This document shows positions 35,299 to 43,120 of a stretch of DNA of 64,000 nucleotides, piece after piece; within the stretch, counting starts at the first letter, position 1, and each line of letters starts with the position of its first letter. The notes under the pieces were generated by a model. The model ran no database searches. It saw nothing but the letters and a program-made list of their open reading frames with translations, and was not told where the DNA came from. The stretch comes from Magnetococcales bacterium. GTDB lineage: Bacteria; Pseudomonadota; Magnetococcia; Magnetococcales; Magnetaquicoccaceae. Both the position numbers and the translations under genes were made by a program. The stretch lies in the NCBI GenBank assembly GCA_015231915.1, contig JADGAR010000018.1:4457-68456 (forward strand), read 5' to 3'.

Positions 35299-36927
35299 TC
35301 AGCGGGCGGCAGGAGTGGCCTTGGCCATCATGCCGATCTCCTTCTTGACGGACTCCAGCGCGGCATCGGCATCCTTCTGGGTGGCAAAGGGTCCCATCAC
35401 CACATGGGAAAACTCTTTGCCATTGACGATGGCCATCTTGATGAAGGCCTTGATCCCGCGCTCGGTCAGGCGGCGGCGCATGGCATTGGCATTGTCCGGA
35501 TTGCTGAACGAAGCCGCCGTGGTCACGAAACCGGTGAAACGGGTCTTCTGCGGCGGCTCGGCTTGCGCTGCGGCGGGCGCTTTCGGCTGCGCCTTGGCAA
35601 CGACTGCCGGCTTCTTGTCGGTTGCATCGCTCTTGGCGTTCTTGTCTGCCACCGGGGCCGCCTTCGCCTGAACCTGGGGCTTGACTTCGACCGGCGCCTT
35701 GCCCTCGGCGGGCTTGGCCTTGACTTCCGGCTTCGGCGCGGCAGCCGTCCGGGTCGCATCGCCGGGCAGGGCATTCTGTTTGGCGCTCGGCACGCTCAGC
35801 GCCTTCGCCTCCACGCCACCCCGCTCCTTGATGATCGTCACCGCCTTGCCGGCCAGGTCCGAAGAGGCGAAAGGCCCGGTCAACAGGTGATGCATCGGCT
35901 TGTTCTGGTAGGTGCTCTTGGCCAGACGCACCGGAATGCCCGCATCGTTCAACTGCTTTTGCAATTTTTCCGCGCCAGCGAGATTGGAGAAGGAGCCGGC
36001 AGTCACCAGGAATTGTCCGTCCGTCTGCTCATGCGGGAACTCCGTCTTGCCGTGGCCCGCATCGCCGGGCTTGGCCTCCAGGATGGGCGCGGCCTTGGAT
36101 TGCGGCCTGGCTTCGCTCTTGGGAGCGGTTTTAAGCTCCGGCCTGGTCTCGGGCGTCTTGCTCTCCGCCTTCGCGGGTGCCGCTTTCGGCTCCACCCGGG
36201 TCAGGGAGAGCGCCTTGGCTTCCGGTCTGGGTGGGGGGACCATCTTCCTGGCCTCTGTCGGGGCCTTCGGCGTCTCGGTCGAGGCGGGCTGAGTCGCCAC
36301 GCCCTTGTTGAGATCGATTTTGGTCATGGACAAATAACGCTTCGCGGGCTGGGCCGCTTCATGCGCGGTGGCGGACGCCACCACGGGCTTGGCCGCCGTC
36401 TCGTCCGACACCAGGGGCATCTCCTCGACCGGTTCGCTCATGGCATCGTCCATGCTGTCATCCGCAGGCTCTTCCATGTTGAGATCCAGGGTGTCATCCA
36501 GGAGGTCGTTCTTGCCCTTGTTGGCCAACTGGGGTCCCTCGACCTCGATCTTGACCTCCTCCTTCTCCGTGAGGGCGGCCATGGCCTCTGCGGTCTTCTC
36601 GTCGCCCTTTCCGCCCATGAACTCGTCCATGCTGTCGAATTTGGCCGGCTTGTCGTTCTTGGCCTCGGTGGTCTCGCTGGCCTCGTTGGCGGGCAACTCC
36701 GGTTTCATTTCCAGCGCGGCCTTGGATGCCGGCGGATGCCAGACCATGGCGGTGACGATCCCGCCCACGACTGCGGCAACCAGGGCCTCGGTCAGGTGCC
36801 AGCCGATCCGCTTGCGTCGGCTGTTTTTCGCCAGGCGATTATTCTCATTTGGGGAAATGAAAATGTCCGCAGTACCAGTGGGGGGGTCTTGACGGGATGT
36901 GTCCAAGTCGTGTACAGCGCCGGTCAC
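35299..36927 (-). CDS. Membrane-anchored protein with two SPOR domains
   Basis: One TM (ALVAAVVGGIVTAMVW); K/P/A/E low-complexity linkers; SPOR-like FLVTAGSFSN...LLTGPF and FVTTAASFSN...VVMGPF. Confidence 0.85.
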   Translation of the reverse strand: MTGAVHDLDTSRQDPPTGTADIFISPNENNRLAKNSRRKRIGWHLTEALVAAVVGGIVTAMVWHPPASKAALEMKPELPANEASETTEAKNDKPAKFDSMDEFMGGKGDEKTAEAMAALTEKEEVKIEVEGPQLANKGKNDLLDDTLDLNMEEPADDSMDDAMSEPVEEMPLVSDETAAKPVVASATAHEAAQPAKRYLSMTKIDLNKGVATQPASTETPKAPTEARKMVPPPRPEAKALSLTRVEPKAAPAKAESKTPETRPELKTAPKSEARPQSKAAPILEAKPGDAGHGKTEFPHEQTDGQFLVTAGSFSNLAGAEKLQKQLNDAGIPVRLAKSTYQNKPMHHLLTGPFASSDLAGKAVTIIKERGGVEAKALSVPSAKQNALPGDATRTAAAPKPEVKAKPAEGKAPVEVKPQVQAKAAPVADKNAKSDATDKKPAVVAKAQPKAPAAAQAEPPQKTRFTGFVTTAASFSNPDNANAMRRRLTERGIKAFIKMAIVNGKEFSHVVMGPFATQKDADAALESVKKEIGMMAKATPAAR

Positions 36928-37038
36928 GGGGAGTCTCCTTTTTTATACACAGGGCATATCGTTTACCGGCCTTGACGTGAGGCAAGGCGCGGCGGATTTG
37001 GCAATGCCCGTTCTTCTGCAAGAGATGTGCCGTTGCTT

Positions 37039-38172
37039 TCAGACCCCGGAAGAGAGATGACGCCTCGGTACGCGCGCCCCCAGCCGGCAGAGCACCTCGT
37101 AGGGGATGGTCCCCATCCATTCCGCCATTTCTTCGATGCCGATGAACCCTTCTCCCTGCTCCCCCAGCAGCGTCACCAGGGCGCCGATGCCCGCCCCGGC
37201 ATGGTCCGTGAGATCCACCAGGGTCAGATCCATGGAAATCCGCCCCACCACCGGGGCGCGCAACCCGTCGATCAGGACCTGTGCCCGGCCCTGCATGCAG
37301 CGGCTGTATCCATCCGCGTACCCCACCGGCAACACCCCGATCCGGGAGGCCCGCCGGGTGACGAAATCATGACCATACCCCAGGGGGGTCCCCGCCTCCA
37401 CCTCACGCACCGCCACCACCCGCGTCAGCCACCGCACCACAGGCCGCAGGCCATCCTCGCGCCAGGTGCGCCCGGGAAAGAACGGAGAGGCCCCGTACAG
37501 CATGATCCCAGGCCGACTCCATGCCAGACGGGTGCACGCATGTCCCAGCAAACCCGCGCTGTTGGCCAACGAGCGGGGCAGGGTGGCATCCCCGGCGCCC
37601 TCCAGTCGTTCGGCCTGGCGCAGGCTCTCCTCTCCCGCGAGTTCGTCGCCACGGGCCAGATGGGAGAGGATGCTCGCCACCCGGATGCCGGGCAGGCTGC
37701 GCAACTCCTCCAGCACCGCCGAAATTTTGGCGCGCGGAAACCCCATGCGGCCCATGCCGGTATCCACCTTGACATGCACCAAGACGGGTGCCGCCCGCTC
37801 CCCGCACCGCCGGCTCAATGCCCGCGCCGCCTCCATCTCGAACAGCACCGGTTGCAGATTCAGCTCGATGACCGCCTGCTCCACTCCGGGCAAAAAACCG
37901 GACAAAATCACCAGGGGGTGCGTGATCCCCGCCTCGCGCAGGGGCCGGGCCTCCTCGACCATGGCCACGCAGAAGCCGTCCGCCCCGGCGGCTGCCAATG
38001 CCCGCGCCACCGGCAGCGCCCCCAATCCATAGGCGTTGGCCTTGACGACCGGAAACAAGGCGCTCGCTCCCGCCGCCTGCCGCGCCACCCGGAAGTTGTG
38101 CACCACGGCGTCCAGTTCCACCTCCACCCAGGTGGGTCGCGTCCCGGCGGGTGCCAGCAAGGCGCTCATCAT
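37039..38172 (-). CDS. alr: Alanine racemase
   Basis: PLP-Lys VVKANAYGLG; VKVDTGMGR.G; SHLA; RPGIMLYG; GYADGY; GRISMD; TIPYE. Confidence 0.95.
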   Translation of the reverse strand: MMSALLAPAGTRPTWVEVELDAVVHNFRVARQAAGASALFPVVKANAYGLGALPVARALAAAGADGFCVAMVEEARPLREAGITHPLVILSGFLPGVEQAVIELNLQPVLFEMEAARALSRRCGERAAPVLVHVKVDTGMGRMGFPRAKISAVLEELRSLPGIRVASILSHLARGDELAGEESLRQAERLEGAGDATLPRSLANSAGLLGHACTRLAWSRPGIMLYGASPFFPGRTWREDGLRPVVRWLTRVVAVREVEAGTPLGYGHDFVTRRASRIGVLPVGYADGYSRCMQGRAQVLIDGLRAPVVGRISMDLTLVDLTDHAGAGIGALVTLLGEQGEGFIGIEEMAEWMGTIPYEVLCRLGARVPRRHLSSGV

Positions 38173-39614
38173 TCGTGCCGCGCCACATAGTCCGCCGAGG
38201 CATGGTTCTCGAAGCGGGTGAACTGTTTCTGGAAGGTCAGTCGTACCGTTCCCGTGGGGCCGTTGCGCTGCTTGGCCACGATCACCTCGGCCAGCCCCGC
38301 CAGCGCCGGGTCGTTCTCCTTGTAGACCTCCTCCCGGTAGACGAACATCACGATGTCCGCGTCCTGTTCGATGGAGCCGGATTCCCGCAGATCGGAGAGG
38401 ATCGGTCGCTTGTTGGGCCGCTCCTCCACCTTGCGGGAGAGCTGGGAAAGCGCCAGCACCGGGATGTCCAACTCACGGGCCACCCCCTTCAGGCCGCGGC
38501 TGATCTGGGAGATCTCCTGCACCCGGTTTTCCTGGGTATCCTCGCCCTGCATGAGCTGCAGATAGTCCACCACCAGCAGGCCGATCCCCTTCTCCCGCTT
38601 CAGACGGCGCGCCTTGGCCCTAAGCGACATGATGGACAACGACGGGGAGTCGTCGATGTAGACCGGCGCCTGGGAGAGATCCTGCGCGGCATGCACCAGT
38701 TTGTGGTACTCTTCATCCCGCAGCCTGCCGGTGCGCAGTCCCTGGGCGTCCACCCGGGCGGTGGAGGCGAGCAGCCGGGTGGTGAGCTGTTCCCGCGACA
38801 TTTCCAGGGAAAAGACCGCCACCGGCACCTGATGATCGAGTGCCGCGTTGATCGCCATGTTCATCACCAGCGAGGTCTTGCCCATGGCGGGACGACCGGC
38901 CAGGATCAGCAGATCCGATCTCTGCAGCCCGGCCAGCAGCCGGTCCAGGTCGGTGAAACCGGTGGGCACCCCGGTGATCGCCTCCTGCCGGGCGATCAGT
39001 TTGTCCAACCGCTCGAAGATCGGCGGCAGGATGCTCTTCAGGTCGGAATAGGTGGAGCGGCGGCGGGAGCGGTTCTCCCCCACGGCGAAGATGCGCTGTT
39101 CCGCGCTGTCGAGCAGCTGGTCCACCGGGCGCGCCGTGCCCTCCTCGTAAACCTCCTCGGCAATGGCGGTGGCGGTCTGGGCCAGGGCGCGCAGAATGGA
39201 CTTGTCCCGCACCAGGTGGGCATACGCCTTGGCATTGGCCGTGGCCGGGACCGTGTCGATCAGGCGGGCGAAATAACCCGCTCCGCCCACGGCGTCGAGT
39301 TCGTTGTTTTTTTCCAGGTATTGTTTGAGAATGAGAGGGTCCGCCGGCTCGCCGCGATCCAGAATGGCCAGCATGGCCGCGAAGGCCACCCGGTGGGCGC
39401 CGACGTAGAAATCCTCCGGGACCAGAAGGTCTGCGACGTGATCCATGACGGCGTTGTCCAGGAGAATCGCCCCCAGGACCGATTGTTCGGCCTCGTGGGA
39501 GTAGACCGGACGCCGCATGGGGGTCGTTTCCGGATAATAATCGTGCGGTGGCGGATCGAGTTCGTTCAAGGGGGCGCTCCAGGGGGGACGTTTGGCCGTT
39601 TTGCGGGACATCAT
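38169..39614 (-). CDS. dnaB: Replicative DNA helicase DnaB
   Basis: EAEQSVLGAIL; AGRPAMGKT; FSLEMS; VVDYLQL; LSQLSR; DLRESGSIEQDAD; AKQRNGPTG. Start 39614, 39611 or 39518. Confidence 0.97.
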   Translation of the reverse strand: MMSRKTAKRPPWSAPLNELDPPPHDYYPETTPMRRPVYSHEAEQSVLGAILLDNAVMDHVADLLVPEDFYVGAHRVAFAAMLAILDRGEPADPLILKQYLEKNNELDAVGGAGYFARLIDTVPATANAKAYAHLVRDKSILRALAQTATAIAEEVYEEGTARPVDQLLDSAEQRIFAVGENRSRRRSTYSDLKSILPPIFERLDKLIARQEAITGVPTGFTDLDRLLAGLQRSDLLILAGRPAMGKTSLVMNMAINAALDHQVPVAVFSLEMSREQLTTRLLASTARVDAQGLRTGRLRDEEYHKLVHAAQDLSQAPVYIDDSPSLSIMSLRAKARRLKREKGIGLLVVDYLQLMQGEDTQENRVQEISQISRGLKGVARELDIPVLALSQLSRKVEERPNKRPILSDLRESGSIEQDADIVMFVYREEVYKENDPALAGLAEVIVAKQRNGPTGTVRLTFQKQFTRFENHASADYVARHE

Positions 39615-39650
39615 AACATCGGCGTGAGCCAGGGCATAGGAAGCGCGACA

Positions 39651-40352
39651 ATGGAAACGGGAAACGACAAGGCAAGGCTGCACCAGGGCCACCGCCAACG
39701 CCTGCGCAGGCGGTTCCAGGAGGAGGGCCTCGAAAAATTCGAGGATCACCAGGTGCTGGAAATGTTGTTGTTCAATGTGCTGCCCAGACAGGACACCAAC
39801 GCCATCGCCCATCAACTGATCGATCGTTATGGGGGGCTGGCTGCGGTTCTGGAGGCCGATCCGGTGGATCTGGCCACCCTGCCGGGCATGGGTCAGGCCG
39901 CCGCCTATTTTCTGGCCATGATCCCCCCGCTGACCCGGCGTTATCTGCAGTGCAAGGCCTCCCATCCCAGGCCCTCCCTGAACGACCCGTTCAAGGCCAG
40001 GGAGTATGTCCTGGCCCTGACCGCCGGTCGCACCGAGGAGGTATTCTATGTCTTGTGCCTGGACCTGCACGCCCGGCTGCTCTATCCGGCCCTGGTCTCC
40101 CGCGGCACGATCAACGAGGCCCATGTCCATCCCCGTCAGGTGGTGGAGATCGCCTTGCGCCACAAGGCCGCCGAGGTGATCCTGGCCCACAATCACCCTG
40201 CCGGCACCACCACCCCTTCCCGTGCCGATCGCAACCTCACCATTGTCCTGATGAACGCCTTGCAACCCATCGGCATCCGGCTGGTGGACCATCTGATCAC
40301 CGCCGGCAATCAATGCTTCAGCATGGCTCAGGAGGGGGTGCTGGGCAAATGA
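39651..40352 (+). CDS. radC: RadC/JAB-domain protein
   Basis: GHRQRLR.RF; HhH LPGMG; intact JAB motif E...HNHPAG...PSRAD; LVDHLI. Confidence 0.93.
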   Translation: METGNDKARLHQGHRQRLRRRFQEEGLEKFEDHQVLEMLLFNVLPRQDTNAIAHQLIDRYGGLAAVLEADPVDLATLPGMGQAAAYFLAMIPPLTRRYLQCKASHPRPSLNDPFKAREYVLALTAGRTEEVFYVLCLDLHARLLYPALVSRGTINEAHVHPRQVVEIALRHKAAEVILAHNHPAGTTTPSRADRNLTIVLMNALQPIGIRLVDHLITAGNQCFSMAQEGVLGK

Positions 40353-40456
40353 CCGGCGTGACCGGGGATTTGTTCCGGAGCTTTTTTTGTGCGGGATTGC
40401 CAACCAGCCTGTTGATCCGTTAAACTGACTGGATGGTTTCTTTAGCCTGTATGAGG

Positions 40457-40816
40457 ATGATCGAAATGACCGTTTCCGACAATCTCCTGTCCGGGGCGTT
40501 CACCGGGGCCAAGGCAGGTGGCATGGTCACCGTGGAACGCAATGACCACGAGGTGCGCATCCACGTGCGTGGCGAGTTCACCTTCAAGCTGCGCCAGGCC
40601 TTTCGTGACGCCTATTTCCGCGAGCCGCCCGGGGCGCACTATGTGGTGGACATGTCCGGAGTCAACTTCATGGACAGCTCCGCCATGGGCATGCTGCTGG
40701 TCTTGCGGGAGCACGCGGGCGGGGAGCAGTCCAGAGTCACTCTGACCAATCTCTCCCGAAAATTGATGGCCCTCATGAAGGTGGCCAGTCTGCATGAAAT
40801 GTTCAAAATTGTCTGA
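40457..40816 (+). CDS. STAS-domain protein (anti-sigma antagonist-like)
   Basis: GEFTF...VVDMS.VNFMDSSAMGMLL with phosphoacceptor Ser; start 40457 or 40466. Confidence 0.85.
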   Translation: MIEMTVSDNLLSGAFTGAKAGGMVTVERNDHEVRIHVRGEFTFKLRQAFRDAYFREPPGAHYVVDMSGVNFMDSSAMGMLLVLREHAGGEQSRVTLTNLSRKLMALMKVASLHEMFKIV

Positions 40817-40827
40817 GGAGGTCGCGC

Positions 40828-41583
40828 ATGGAAGGATTGTGGGTGGTGCCTGACGATATGGAACGCCTCCTGGCCGAGGGCGGGGATCCGGACATCCGCG
40901 ATGCCGAAGGGTGGACCATGCTCCATCGGGCCATCCAGGAGGGCGCGGTCGAACTGGCCGAGCGGCTCGTCATGTATGGCGCCCAGGTCAACGTCGTGGA
41001 TCCCCAGCGCTGGACGCCCCTGCATTGGGTGGCGGTGCGCGGCTTCGCCTCCCTGGCCCGCCTGCTCCTGGAGCACGGCGCCAATCCCAATGCCCAGGAC
41101 CTGGACAAGGAGACCCCCCTGCACTGGGCCGCCTCCTGGGGCCACATGGAGACCGCCGAGCGGCTCCTGGATGCCGGGGCCGACATCAACGCCAGGGATC
41201 GTCATGGCGAAACCCCGCTGTTCCAGGCCGTTCAGGAAGGGTATGTGGCCATGGCCGAACTGCTCATGTCCCGTGGTGCCCAGGTGGACGTGCGCAACGC
41301 CGATGGCGGCCCTCCTCTCCATTGCGCCGTCTTCCACGGCCAGACCGAGGTGGCCGAGCATCTGATCCGCCATGGCGCGGAGGTCAATGCCAGAAACCAT
41401 TTCGGCAAAACGGCGCTCCACTTCGCCGCCATCCGCGGACGGGTCGAGGAGGCCGACATGCTCCTGGCCGGGGGCGCGGACATCAATGCGCGGGACTCCA
41501 CCGGTCGCACCCCCATGTCCGTCGCCAAGGACAACGACCGTCCGGACATGGTGGATTTCTTTCGCCGGCACGGCGGCCTGTGA
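40828..41583 (+). CDS. Ankyrin repeat protein (about 7 repeats)
   Basis: 33-aa spaced GWTMLH, WTPLH, ETPLH, GETPLF, GPPLH, GKTALH, GRTPM with GA.VNA. Confidence 0.93.
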   Translation: MEGLWVVPDDMERLLAEGGDPDIRDAEGWTMLHRAIQEGAVELAERLVMYGAQVNVVDPQRWTPLHWVAVRGFASLARLLLEHGANPNAQDLDKETPLHWAASWGHMETAERLLDAGADINARDRHGETPLFQAVQEGYVAMAELLMSRGAQVDVRNADGGPPLHCAVFHGQTEVAEHLIRHGAEVNARNHFGKTALHFAAIRGRVEEADMLLAGGADINARDSTGRTPMSVAKDNDRPDMVDFFRRHGGL

Positions 41584-41587
41584 CCGG

Positions 41588-42163
41588 TCAGGCGGGGTCC
41601 GCTGTTTTGCGCAGGAAGCGGCGGTAGATCCAGATACTGATCAGCACCAGGCCCAGCCCCCCGAAAAAGTAGATCTGATAGGCCTTGATCTTCTCCAGAA
41701 AGGCCTCCATGGCGTGGCCGAAGAGGTAGCCCCCATAGGCGAAGGTGGTGGCCCAGACGATGGCGGCTATGGCATTCAGGACCATGAAGCGCAACGAGGG
41801 GATCGACGTTGCCCCCAGGGCGAACGGGGTGACGTTGCGCACGCCGTACACGAAGCGAAAGCCCAGAATGAACCAGGTGTCGTATTTCGCCAACAGCTCC
41901 ATCACCCGCGCGGTGCGTCTTTGCCAGGATTCGCTTTTCGCCCGGTTGATCAGGAGATGGCCCCAGCGCCGACCGATGAAGAAATACAACTGGTCGCCGA
42001 AGTAGGTCCCGGAAAAGGAGGCGAGGATGACCATGTTCACATCCAGAACGCCGGTCTTGGCCAGATAGCCGGCGATCAGGACCATGGTTTCGCCCTCCAG
42101 GAAAGTTCCGACGAACAACACGATATAGCCATATTCGCGCAAAAAGCCTTCCAGGATTTCCAT
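41588..42163 (-). CDS. DedA/SNARE-associated family membrane protein
   Basis: FLEGE...GDQLYFFIGR...FRFVYGVR...GA..I...RF...NA. Confidence 0.92.
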   Translation of the reverse strand: MEILEGFLREYGYIVLFVGTFLEGETMVLIAGYLAKTGVLDVNMVILASFSGTYFGDQLYFFIGRRWGHLLINRAKSESWQRRTARVMELLAKYDTWFILGFRFVYGVRNVTPFALGATSIPSLRFMVLNAIAAIVWATTFAYGGYLFGHAMEAFLEKIKAYQIYFFGGLGLVLISIWIYRRFLRKTADPA

Positions 42164-42192
42164 GTTGCCTTGTATTCCTTAAGATTGCGTTG

Positions 42193-43116
42193 CTAGGGTG
42201 AGGAAGCGGTTTGCGGGACCGGGATATAGCCGCCCCGTTGCAGGATCTCCCTGGCCTGCGGTCCCTTGAGCCATTCCAGAAATCTGGCGCTTTGCCCGGC
42301 GGGTGGTCCAAGGGTATACAAATAGAGGGACCTGGACAAGGGATAGGTCTTGTTGAGCGTGGAAGCGACGGTGGGCGGGACGCAGGGCACCTTGGGGCCG
42401 CGGCTTTGGGAGATGCACAGGGTCTTGACCTTGCCGGTGATGTAGGGCATGCCGGAATAGCCGATGGCACAGGGCATCTGGGCGACCATGGAGACGATTT
42501 CGTCGGAGGCGTCCATGCTGATCATGTGGTGGTCGAAGTGGTCGTGCTTGGGCAGGATGGTCTCCCGGAAGAAGGCATAGGTGCCGGAATTGTTTTTGCG
42601 GCTCAAGGGGAGGATTTTCTGGTCCTGGCAACCGGGGACCTGCACCCCCAGATCGGACCAGCGCGAGGTGGATTCCCCCTTGCCGTAGATCTCCATCAAT
42701 TGCTGGAGGGAGATGCCATTGAGAGGATTGGCGGGGTTGACCACCACGGAAACCGCGTCCAGGGCGACCACCTGAAAGACCGGAGTCGCGCCCGCCTGTT
42801 TTTTTGCGGCGATCTGGAATTCCCTGGAGCGCATGAGTCTGCTGGAGGCAGCGATATCCGCGTGACTGTTTACCAACGCGGCAATGCCATTGCCGGAACC
42901 GCCGCCCGTCACCTCGATGACGACCTCGGGCGCCACCTCCCGAAAGGCCTTGGCCAACTCCCGGAGCGCCTTGGTGAGGGTGTCGGAACCCTTGATGCGG
43001 ATGGGAGCGGACTTGTCGCCGCCTGCCTCCCTGGCGTGGGCCTCGGGGAGCGCGGCCCCGCATGCCAGCAGGAGCCAGATCAGGAGCGACAGGCAACGGG
43101 AAACGGACGGTTTCAA
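42193..43116 (-). CDS. pstS: PstS-like phosphate-binding periplasmic protein
   Basis: Signal peptide; GSDT, GGGSGNGI, DIAASSR, ALDAVSVVVNPANP, R.NNSGT, AIGY, YPLSRSLY; TTG start with GGAGG RBS inside the upstream gene's last codons. Confidence 0.88.
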   Translation of the reverse strand: MKPSVSRCLSLLIWLLLACGAALPEAHAREAGGDKSAPIRIKGSDTLTKALRELAKAFREVAPEVVIEVTGGGSGNGIAALVNSHADIAASSRLMRSREFQIAAKKQAGATPVFQVVALDAVSVVVNPANPLNGISLQQLMEIYGKGESTSRWSDLGVQVPGCQDQKILPLSRKNNSGTYAFFRETILPKHDHFDHHMISMDASDEIVSMVAQMPCAIGYSGMPYITGKVKTLCISQSRGPKVPCVPPTVASTLNKTYPLSRSLYLYTLGPPAGQSARFLEWLKGPQAREILQRGGYIPVPQTASSP

Positions 43117-43120
43117 GTGG

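Noticed and set aside
38010-38050. Alanine racemase motif YGLG instead of YGHG as a defect
   Set aside because: YGLG is a common natural variant in alphaproteobacterial-type Alr; the catalytic Lys is intact
38169-40403. 744-aa DnaB with intein or N-terminal fusion
   Set aside because: The extra 5' part is the antisense of radC; the helicase motifs are contiguous at normal length
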